64,000 nucleotides of DNA from an uncultured bacterium (GTDB lineage Bacteria; UBA8481). The position numbers and the translations under genes were made by a program. Location of the stretch: the NCBI GenBank assembly GCA_964499705.1, contig CAZCME010000002.1, positions 186,001 to 250,000 on the forward strand. Reading direction: 5' to 3'. This document shows positions 16,611-24,980 of the stretch, piece by piece. Below the pieces are notes generated by a model. That model was not told the origin of the DNA and did no database searches. It worked only from the letters and a program-made list of their open reading frames with translations. Numbering within the stretch: the first letter of the stretch is position 1; the number at the start of each line of letters is the position of its first letter.

Positions 16611-19600
16611 TTATTGACCCTCGAGCCGCTTCGCCATCTCCGGAGCCAGGACGCCGGGATCGCCTCTCCCGACACCGTAGCCGATCCTGAACGTATCCTT
16701 TTCTCCGGCCTGCAGCGTCTTCTGACCGCGGATCGGCTCCATCGTGAAAAATCCGATTCCTTCCCAGATTCCGATCTCCGTCAGCCCGCCCTGCTGGTAC
16801 AGCAACGCCACGAAATGGCCGCTCGTCCTGTCCTGCGCGGCGGCCCAGCCCCCGGTCGGCCGGAAGAAGGAGACCTTGGCGAGGCGAGGACGATAATCGT
16901 GCTGGCGGAGTCCGCGCTCGGTCGGGACGACGATCCTGTCTTCCTTGCCCGCGCCACCGGGTCCGACCGCGAGATCGGGATGGGCGGCCCAGAGCTGCGT
17001 CACGGGGGACGATGTGGGATTGGCAATCTCGTAGTCGCAGACGAGCACGTTCGAGGACGGCCCGATGGTCATGGCGCGGCGGATCGTGAGCCCTTCGCGG
17101 GACAGGCTCGACAGGACGACATGAACGCCCGACGGATCGGATCGTGTTTCCAGCTTCCACTCGTTGTTCCAGACGTCGCCCGGCCATCCGCGCGGCCACC
17201 AGTCGTTGATGCCTCCCAGTTCGATCCAGGCCCGCGGATCGGCGGGTTTTTCCCTGGGCGGATATTTCGAATGGAGATGGTTGACTCCATCGCTTCCCGC
17301 GAGGAGAAGGATTCGTCCTCCTGCGGCGATGGCGCATTGAGCTTCGAACGTTTCGTGACCGAAAGCGATCTCGTTCAATCCGTCGCCGTTCAAATCGTCC
17401 ATCAGGATGACCGGTTGACCATCCAGTTTCTGATATTTCTCCACGTGCGATATCTCGCCGTCGGGACCGGAGATGCGGACGGTGATCTTTCCGAGCCTGG
17501 CGTCGCCGGGAACGATTCTCACAGGGAGGCTTACTTCGCCGCCCGGCGGGACATTCACGGCGAGACTTGGAGGCGACACTTTCCAGCCGCCTTCCCCCGT
17601 GAAGACGGCGGTTCCCCTGTATCCTCGTCCGGAGGGCGCAGCCAGCAGGAACCGGACCGCCATGCCTTCCGCGGGAATGAGATTGCGTCCCTCGAGATCG
17701 GCCCGCTGCAGCGGTTCGACCGCGTTGATATCAACGGGCGTGCCCGTCACGACGATGCCGTCGGTGGTCTGGAAACGGAGGATGACGCGGTGCGGGCCGC
17801 GAGACAGGGCCGCGGCGGGCATCATGCCCGTCCATGTCCCGCCCGACCTGATCGTGATGTCCGAGGATGTGTAGGGCGTGGTCACCGTGGCGCGGTCGAT
17901 CAGGAGCTCCAGGCGGCCTGTCACATCATGAGTCGTCCTGTTCATGAGCGTGGCCTGGATCGGAACTTCCGTCGCCATGCGCACCACGGTGTCCGCACTC
18001 GCTGCGACGATGAGGCCGGGATCGATCGGTGCCAGCGTCGTCACGGTTTTCTCGCCCCTGTCCGTCATGACCTTCGCGGTGATCCAGAGATATTCGCCCG
18101 GAGTTACATCTTCCGGCACGATCACTTCGAATTCCGATCCTCCCCAGGAATTTGAGGAGAGCTTCAGGGATGTCGCGGAGGTTTTTACGTCCGCATCGCG
18201 AGCAGGCACCGGTCCTGTCCGGTTCACGGTCCATGCGGCGAGACCCGTGGCGGCGATCGCCATCGGATTCCCGCCGGAGTGAATCTCCAGTTTGACACGC
18301 GCGACGGTGCCCGCCGTGACGCGGTTCGGAGCGCGCAGTTGCGCATGCCATTCCTCCGCGCTCGCGCCGGAAGTAACGGCCGCGATCCGATAGCGGCCGA
18401 TCCCGTCGGCGCCCGGCCGATGGAGGAAGACGATAGCGCGATCCGTGAGCGCGTATTCGACGGGCCGATTCGAACCGCCTTCCAGGGATTCGACCGCGAG
18501 GCCTGAATTATTTCGAGCGGACGCGGAACGAGGGATTGCCAGGAGGCCGCGTCGATCGTCCGGGATCGTGACGATGATCGCGTTTCCTTCCTCCTTCAGA
18601 CGCTTCATGATGAGAGCTCGCGGCGTTCCGAAGTCGAACCCGGCAAGCGCGGAAAATATCCCGGCCGTCATTTCGCGTGATCCCGCGATGACGCCGGGCG
18701 CGGGGATCACCGAGCCGGCGAACGCGATCGGAGACCTGCCCAGAAGCGCATACGCGGAGAGGCCGCCCTCATATTGCGTCCAGACGGCTCCATCGGGCAT
18801 CTGCGCCCACTCCGTTAGCCTCCGGCCCGTCGAGAGGGAATTCACTTCCTCCTGGAAGACCTGGCAGATGTCGATCCAGCGCGCGTGCTGGCGCGGGAGG
18901 TTGGCGTGCAGGATCTCGTAGAGATGGAACCCGTAGGCGACGTTCCAGGCGAGCTTCGCGTCGGCGTCCGTGCGGGCTTCGACGGCGAGGTTATGGTGCA
19001 GGAAGTCCGCGAGATCGTGAGCGATCATCGAGGAGACCGGGACGACGCGCCAGTTTCCGCCTCCATATCGCGCATCGAGATCGGCCGGATCGGGCCATGT
19101 GCCGACAGGCCACATGCCGCACAGCGAATGCTCGAACGGAGCAATAGCGTCGAAACCGTTCTCGGTCATCAGGATTCCGCCGCGCGGATTCTCCGCGGCC
19201 CAGCGGACCATTCCCTCCGAATAGGAGTAGGGCGCGGGTGCATTGCGGGAATAATCGTCCTTCCAATCCCGGGCTCCGATCTGATCCTCGAAAACTCCGT
19301 CCATGCCGAGATCCGTGTACACGGTCTCGTGCAGTTGCCGCCGGACGGCGCGGACCTCGTCCGACCACGGCGTCACCATCCAGCCCTTGTTTTCGCCGTA
19401 CACATCCTCGATCGGCTTGTCCTCTTCATCCCGAATCGCGATTTTTTCAAGGCCGACTCGATTCGCGGTCGCGGAGACATTCCACCAGGTGGGATTGACG
19501 TACGGAGCAACGAGCATCTTTCTTGAATGAGCAAGCCCTGTGAGCCGCTTCAGGCCGTTGTTGCCGGAGAATTTGGGATCGGCGGGAAAGAAATCGGGAT

Positions 19601-21776
19601 AGTTGCGGTCGAATCCGCCGGTCCAGTACGTGACCGGATGGAGAAGAACTCCTTCGGGCAGGAGCGCGACATCGTCGAGGATGCGATCGACGCCCGGGTA
19701 ACCGCCGAAGTCGAGCTTCACGAGAGCAGCCCTGGAATATTGCTGGAACAGTTTTTCGCCCATCCTTGCGGCGAGCGGCTTGACGTCGTCCTGGAAGATC
19801 TGCCGTCGATAGAGCGCCGCCGCGGAAGAAAGCGGCAGGCCGGCGGCGATGAGAACATCGCCCGTGGAGAGCGACTGGCCGGGATCGATCCGGGCGGGAA
19901 TCATGCGCGTGACGAATCCCGATCCGAGGGGCGAGCCGCCGACCGAGATGGTGGCGGGCCGCAGTCCCGTCCATTCCCCGTCGACGATTCCTTCTCCGCG
20001 GTACTTCATCAGGTTGCCCCGCCGCTCCGTTCCCGCGAGTCCTCCTCCCATGAGCGCCAAGTTGCCGTTCTGCGAAGCCGCATGGACGAAGTCGGAAAAT
20101 CCGGCGGGATAATTGAAGGAGGCCGTGCGCTCATCCTCGAAGAACGCGGGTTTCAGGCCGATCCCGAGCCACCGGGGAATGACGACCTCCTTCAGCGGCG
20201 CGATCGGGTACAGGAATTTCCCGGGCAGCATCACGCCGAGCACTCGCTGCGACGTCGAGGCGACTTCGGCGGACAGGGCGACGCCTCCCTCGCGCGGTGT
20301 GACGGCGAGATCGATGGCGTAGCCGTCAAAGGCAACATGGTATTTCACCGAGCCCGGCTCGATCGTCACATCGCACTTCGCTTTTCCCGCGCGCACATCC
20401 GCTTCGGCATCGACGAGCCCTCCTTCGACCGTTTCCACGGCGAAGAGCGCGCCGCCGGAAGAGACGCTTCTGGCGGAGGAGAGATCGCGGATATCGATGA
20501 CGGTGGGGATGGTCGCGGAAAGAACCAGCTCCGTCATGCCGCCTCGAACGGTGATCCGATCTCCCTTGGCGGAGACGAGAGCCGCCACCGGCTTCAGAGT
20601 CTCCATGCCCGCGAGCGCCGAATTGAGCGGGCGCAGCTGCGTCGGATCGGGCCAGAGCGAACCGGATGGAATAGGCGGAGCGGATACCGGCACGAGCGGA
20701 GAAGAGATTCTTATCTTGTCGACGGCTCGCAGGGGGGACGCTCCGAAGGCGACGCGCGACAGGACCATCCGTTCGCCTTTCACGCTCGGAGCCGCGCCCT
20801 GGGTCGAGACACCGAGGAGAATCTTGAACGTGACGAGGCCGCTCTTGCCGAGCAGGCGGCGCAGGTCGAAGTTGTAGAGCCCGGGTTTCGTAATCTCCGG
20901 TTGCGCCCGGATGAAACCTCCGGGCAGATCGGTATGCTGGAGAATGACATAGCCCGCGCGGGAGAGTTCCTTCACATCCGCGATGAGTCCTCCGAACCGG
21001 TCGAGATCGACCGTCGCGTTCACGAGCACAGCGCCGAACATGTCCTTCTCGTTCCGGCCCTCGATGACGAGATCGGTCCCGTTCGAGTTCGCTTCGGCTC
21101 CGGTGGGAGTTCCGTCATCCCAGTTTCCAGCAAACCGGTACAGCGAACCATGGCCTTCGCCCGCCGCGTGGATCGCGAATTCATCCCCATCGATCTTTTC
21201 TTCCGCCGCGCGAGGAATGAGCTTGATGGACGCCAGTTTCAGGATGAGCCCAACCGCAGAGCCTTCCGCGGAATTGGTCGTCACGCCGATCTGGAGCCGG
21301 ACGGCGAGCTTTCCGGACGTGTAGCCCGTCTGGAGCCGCAGGTCGTAGCGCGTGACACCCGGGCGGGAAATAGACGGCCCGAGAGAAACATAACCCTCCT
21401 CGAAGGCCGTGCCCTGCAGGAGCAGATACCCTCCTCGGGTGACGGTATCGACGACGACCTCGATGGCGGCGTACTGGTCGAGGTCGATCACGATGTCGGT
21501 ATAGATGGAACCGTACGGCTTGGACTTTTCTGTGCCTGTTATGGTGAGATGATGATCCGCGTCGAGTTCGTATGTGGCGCCCGTCGACCCGCCGTCGTCC
21601 CAGGAGGAACGGAAATCCGGGGTGTGGCCCGCATCGAGGATGAGGGAGTCGGGCGGAGCTGGAGCGCTCTCAGGTTTCAAGAACCAGGCCGCCAGATACG
21701 AGCCTGCCAAACCAAGTCCGATGATGAAGGCCAGGCCCGCGAGGATCGCGGCGAGCGTGCGGACTTTAGATATCAT
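16611..21776 (-). CDS. 1,721-aa membrane-anchored modular putative glycoside hydrolase (two CBM-like repeats, DUF6259-like barrel, Ig-like domains, mutarotase-like C-terminus)
   Basis: N-terminal TM; tandem ~140-aa repeats; GGFDRNYPDFFPADP and DGVFEDQIG motifs shared with the next gene; C-terminal WAAHP supersandwich. Confidence 0.6.
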   Translation of the reverse strand: MISKVRTLAAILAGLAFIIGLGLAGSYLAAWFLKPESAPAPPDSLILDAGHTPDFRSSWDDGGSTGATYELDADHHLTITGTEKSKPYGSIYTDIVIDLDQYAAIEVVVDTVTRGGYLLLQGTAFEEGYVSLGPSISRPGVTRYDLRLQTGYTSGKLAVRLQIGVTTNSAEGSAVGLILKLASIKLIPRAAEEKIDGDEFAIHAAGEGHGSLYRFAGNWDDGTPTGAEANSNGTDLVIEGRNEKDMFGAVLVNATVDLDRFGGLIADVKELSRAGYVILQHTDLPGGFIRAQPEITKPGLYNFDLRRLLGKSGLVTFKILLGVSTQGAAPSVKGERMVLSRVAFGASPLRAVDKIRISSPLVPVSAPPIPSGSLWPDPTQLRPLNSALAGMETLKPVAALVSAKGDRITVRGGMTELVLSATIPTVIDIRDLSSARSVSSGGALFAVETVEGGLVDAEADVRAGKAKCDVTIEPGSVKYHVAFDGYAIDLAVTPREGGVALSAEVASTSQRVLGVMLPGKFLYPIAPLKEVVIPRWLGIGLKPAFFEDERTASFNYPAGFSDFVHAASQNGNLALMGGGLAGTERRGNLMKYRGEGIVDGEWTGLRPATISVGGSPLGSGFVTRMIPARIDPGQSLSTGDVLIAAGLPLSSAAALYRRQIFQDDVKPLAARMGEKLFQQYSRAALVKLDFGGYPGVDRILDDVALLPEGVLLHPVTYWTGGFDRNYPDFFPADPKFSGNNGLKRLTGLAHSRKMLVAPYVNPTWWNVSATANRVGLEKIAIRDEEDKPIEDVYGENKGWMVTPWSDEVRAVRRQLHETVYTDLGMDGVFEDQIGARDWKDDYSRNAPAPYSYSEGMVRWAAENPRGGILMTENGFDAIAPFEHSLCGMWPVGTWPDPADLDARYGGGNWRVVPVSSMIAHDLADFLHHNLAVEARTDADAKLAWNVAYGFHLYEILHANLPRQHARWIDICQVFQEEVNSLSTGRRLTEWAQMPDGAVWTQYEGGLSAYALLGRSPIAFAGSVIPAPGVIAGSREMTAGIFSALAGFDFGTPRALIMKRLKEEGNAIIVTIPDDRRGLLAIPRSASARNNSGLAVESLEGGSNRPVEYALTDRAIVFLHRPGADGIGRYRIAAVTSGASAEEWHAQLRAPNRVTAGTVARVKLEIHSGGNPMAIAATGLAAWTVNRTGPVPARDADVKTSATSLKLSSNSWGGSEFEVIVPEDVTPGEYLWITAKVMTDRGEKTVTTLAPIDPGLIVAASADTVVRMATEVPIQATLMNRTTHDVTGRLELLIDRATVTTPYTSSDITIRSGGTWTGMMPAAALSRGPHRVILRFQTTDGIVVTGTPVDINAVEPLQRADLEGRNLIPAEGMAVRFLLAAPSGRGYRGTAVFTGEGGWKVSPPSLAVNVPPGGEVSLPVRIVPGDARLGKITVRISGPDGEISHVEKYQKLDGQPVILMDDLNGDGLNEIAFGHETFEAQCAIAAGGRILLLAGSDGVNHLHSKYPPREKPADPRAWIELGGINDWWPRGWPGDVWNNEWKLETRSDPSGVHVVLSSLSREGLTIRRAMTIGPSSNVLVCDYEIANPTSSPVTQLWAAHPDLAVGPGGAGKEDRIVVPTERGLRQHDYRPRLAKVSFFRPTGGWAAAQDRTSGHFVALLYQQGGLTEIGIWEGIGFFTMEPIRGQKTLQAGEKDTFRIGYGVGRGDPGVLAPEMAKRLEGQ

Positions 21777-21802
21777 GGGGGTCGATGCTCATGGGCAATA
21801 CG

Positions 21803-21883
21803 ATTTCACATTTCTCATTCCACATTTCTCATTTCACATTTGCTGGTAACCCCATGGTGAACGATCCATGGGAAATGTGAAAT
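21803..21883. repeat. Heptamer tandem repeat (ATTTCAC/ATTTCTC x5) with an inverted copy
   Basis: atttcac atttctc attccac atttctc atttcac ... aaatgtgaaat. Confidence 0.85.
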
Positions 21884-21888
21884 CCGAT

Positions 21889-23934
21889 TCACTTCAGGTC
21901 CCTCACAAGGACAACTCTCTCTCCTCCCGCCAGCGGGAGTTTCCCCGCGAGCGTTTCCCGGCGGGACACTCCATCCGGTGTCAACCGGAAGAGGTTGACG
22001 CAACCGGTGCCCTCCCAGCCGATGTCCGCATCCGTCGAAGCGTTCCGCGTGTTCCACACCAATACCGCATCGCGATCTTCACCGGCGTATCTCGAGATGC
22101 GGACGCCGTCGTTGTCGCACCCGATTCCGTCGCTTCCGCGATAATCTCCTCCCCGCGCGATCGGGTAAACAGCTTTCCTCGCCCTGATGACGGTTTCGAT
22201 CTCCCGGCGCGTCCCATTCATGCGGGCCCGGTATTCCGCCACGGCCCTCTGCCCGGGATCGCAGTCGTAGCAGCGATCGACATGCTCGAATGGCTCGGTC
22301 ATTCTCCAGTATTCCGGCACCAGGCCGATGAGCCACGCATAGCGGACCTCGTCCTCCCGCTGCGCATCGCGCGAGGAGACGGGATGCTCGGGAAACGTGT
22401 AGCGGTACATCTCCGCGAAGGTCGGATGAGGAAATCCGGGATCGGTGAAGTTCGTGCCCTTGGAGTGGCACAGGTCGACGAACTGGACGAAGGCGTCGCA
22501 GGTCAGCTCCAGCATCAACGCGCCTCCGCGGGCGTGGAGACGATCGCGGAGCTGCCGCAGGATCGACACCTTTGAAGCGCCCGCGAGATCCGGGCGGGCA
22601 TGGTCATGATCTCGGCCGAAGCAGAGATACGGCTGATCGCCGCCGATCTGGTCGTACAGCAGGCCGTCCGCGCCGAGATCCATGACGAGCTCGGCCTGCG
22701 CACGCAGCTTATCGCGCCATGATGCGGATCCGGGGCAACCGACCGCGAAGTGTTTGCCCGGATCGATGGTCGACTGGATCGGCCAGGAATAGCGGTCGCA
22801 GTGAGGGTTGCCATCCTCGGCAATGTACGAGGCGTCCCAGCCTTCCCCATCGCGAAAATAACGGCCGGCGATATCCATGAGGCGGCCCTGCGTGTAGAGA
22901 ATCGTGCGTTGTCCGGCGGCCTTGACCGCCGCGAGAGCCTCCTTAAGGGCGGACTCTCCGCCCATCAGGGGATCCGGTTCATACTCCGGAAAACCGGAAT
23001 CGTGTCCAGACTTGTACCAGGAGAAGGGGAAGAGCGGAATGTCGAGACCGGACGCCTTGTGTTCCGCGGCGATTTCGGCGAGCCGTGAATAAGGGAAATA
23101 CTGCCGCTTGTTCTGATGCTTCATGAAGAGGGCGCAGAGCGCGGGCGCTTCGGACAGCCAGGTCTGGCGCGGCGAAAGCCGGTCCATCCATGAGTGCGCA
23201 TAGGCGCGATAGATATTCGATCCGCGGCGCCAATCGCCCGCATGAGCCGCGAGGAGGAATGTGCCCGACTGGGATCGCGATCCGGGTGGAAGGAGCGGAT
23301 ACCGCGAGAAGCCGAGCTGGAAGTCGCCGTGGAGCGGACGGCGGCGCGCCAGGAGCGCGGTGGAGGGGAGCGAGGGATCGTGCGAGCCGAGGTAGAGACC
23401 GGCCGAGCCGGATTCGATGTGCATCCAGGACATCGACGCCGTGCCGGGATAGGTGATGGGGGAATCGGCCCAGCCGATGAGCCAGTGCGGCGGGAGCGCC
23501 TCATGCGGCCTGGACCAGCGCGCGCCGCACCAGAAGGGGAGAGTTGCCTTGTCGGCCTGAAGACCCGAAAGAAAAGGAAAAGAAAATTCGCGCACCGTGT
23601 CGACGGACCGGTTCTCCATGGTCCAGCGGCACTCGATTCCCTGCGGTGCGGCGATGAATTCCAGTTCAAGCCGGATCGGCTGCGTCGCTGCCAGCCCCTT
23701 GATCGCGTCGAACGTGATGAGCACGCGCGAGTCCGTCGCATCGATCCGCCCTTCCTGATCGTGATCGAAGGCGGGATGCTCGGTCCACTCCCCGAGCGAA
23801 GCGATGAGCTTCCATCCTGAGCCCGTGCCGCGGACGAATTCCGTTCCTGTCGGATGATGCAGGATCGAGAGCAAGCGACCGTTGTTATCGATCTCGATGT
23901 CGGTTTCCGCGGCGCGTAGCCTGGCGAGATTCAT
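21889..23934 (-). CDS. Cytoplasmic DUF6259-like putative glycoside hydrolase
   Basis: YPGTASMSW, GLYLGSHDP, GDWRRGSNIYR, GHDSGFPEYEPDP, GADGLLYDQIGG; no signal peptide. Confidence 0.65.
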   Translation of the reverse strand: MNLARLRAAETDIEIDNNGRLLSILHHPTGTEFVRGTGSGWKLIASLGEWTEHPAFDHDQEGRIDATDSRVLITFDAIKGLAATQPIRLELEFIAAPQGIECRWTMENRSVDTVREFSFPFLSGLQADKATLPFWCGARWSRPHEALPPHWLIGWADSPITYPGTASMSWMHIESGSAGLYLGSHDPSLPSTALLARRRPLHGDFQLGFSRYPLLPPGSRSQSGTFLLAAHAGDWRRGSNIYRAYAHSWMDRLSPRQTWLSEAPALCALFMKHQNKRQYFPYSRLAEIAAEHKASGLDIPLFPFSWYKSGHDSGFPEYEPDPLMGGESALKEALAAVKAAGQRTILYTQGRLMDIAGRYFRDGEGWDASYIAEDGNPHCDRYSWPIQSTIDPGKHFAVGCPGSASWRDKLRAQAELVMDLGADGLLYDQIGGDQPYLCFGRDHDHARPDLAGASKVSILRQLRDRLHARGGALMLELTCDAFVQFVDLCHSKGTNFTDPGFPHPTFAEMYRYTFPEHPVSSRDAQREDEVRYAWLIGLVPEYWRMTEPFEHVDRCYDCDPGQRAVAEYRARMNGTRREIETVIRARKAVYPIARGGDYRGSDGIGCDNDGVRISRYAGEDRDAVLVWNTRNASTDADIGWEGTGCVNLFRLTPDGVSRRETLAGKLPLAGGERVVLVRDLK

Positions 23935-23944
23935 GAACCGGATT

Positions 23945-24952
23945 TCAGATATTGGCCAGCGTCGTGCCGGGAATCCAGCGCGGAGCGATTCTCCTTGTGG
24001 CCACGCCGCGTCCGGCGAAGAGGCCGGAGAGCATGTCGATGCCCGCCTGTCCGATTTCGGCGGTGTCGAAGGCCGTGGTGGAGAGGAGCGGATCGCCGTC
24101 CTGGAAGATCCGCTTCAGACCGTCGAAGCCGACGAGAGAAAGATCCTTCGGGATAAAGATGCCGCGCGACTGGAACGCGTCGTACAGGCCCCAGGCGATC
24201 TGGTCGTTCGCGGCGATCACGGCGGTCGCATCCTTCACATCCGCCGCCGCGCGGACGCCGAGCCGATACGAATCGGCCGTGCCGCCATCCAGCGGGAGAG
24301 TGAGCAACTTCGTCCCCGGCATGATCTTGCGGAACGCGGCGGCTCGCGCGGCGTAGGACGGGGCAACGCGCCCTTTCCACGAACCTGCGACAAAGACGAC
24401 ACGGCTATGCCCGGCTTTTTTAACCTGCTGCGCCGCGAGCGTTCCCGCCCGGGCATCATCGAGCTGGACGGTGCTCAGGGAGTTCCTCGCGTCGAGATCG
24501 GAATTGATGAGGACGAAGGGGAGTTTCGAATCCCGCAGGTAATCGACCGCCATCGCGCTCTTGGCGGCCAGATACATCACGCCGTCGACCAGTTGTTCCT
24601 CCACGGCGCGGATCCTGTTCTCCGCGGAGTCGTAGACGGAAAACACGAGCGAGAACTTCGAGGCTTCCGAGGAGGATATGATCGCGGCGAATATGTCGCG
24701 GCAAAAAGGATCGTCCAGGAGAAAGCCGGCCGTCGTGTCGTACACGAAGGCGACCGCGTTCGTCCGTCCCGTCGCCAGCGTTCGCGCGGCGCCGTGCGGC
24801 CTGTAGTTCAGTTCCTTTGCGACATCGAGGACACGCTGCCGTGTCGACTCCGCGATGCGCACGTCCCGTCGGCCCGAGAAGACGATGGAGACCGTCGGCT
24901 GCGACACGCCCGCCTTGTCCGCCACATCCTGCATCCTGACGCTCTTGGTCAT
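23945..24952 (-). CDS. LacI-family transcriptional regulator
   Basis: MQDVADKAGVSQPTVS HTH, LNYRPHGAARTL, IPKDLSLVGFD; SD GGAGG. Confidence 0.95.
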   Translation of the reverse strand: MTKSVRMQDVADKAGVSQPTVSIVFSGRRDVRIAESTRQRVLDVAKELNYRPHGAARTLATGRTNAVAFVYDTTAGFLLDDPFCRDIFAAIISSSEASKFSLVFSVYDSAENRIRAVEEQLVDGVMYLAAKSAMAVDYLRDSKLPFVLINSDLDARNSLSTVQLDDARAGTLAAQQVKKAGHSRVVFVAGSWKGRVAPSYAARAAAFRKIMPGTKLLTLPLDGGTADSYRLGVRAAADVKDATAVIAANDQIAWGLYDAFQSRGIFIPKDLSLVGFDGLKRIFQDGDPLLSTTAFDTAEIGQAGIDMLSGLFAGRGVATRRIAPRWIPGTTLANI

Positions 24953-24980
24953 CGCCCCTCCTCCTTCGATCCGGCTCCCA

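Noticed and set aside
16606-17337. 526-aa version of the LacI-like ORF (possible hidden HTH)
   Set aside because: The extension overlaps the 1,721-aa gene and has no HTH pattern
21803-21883. Short repeats as a CRISPR array
   Set aside because: Units are 7-9 nt with no unique spacers, and there are no cas genes; the same applies to the other repeats
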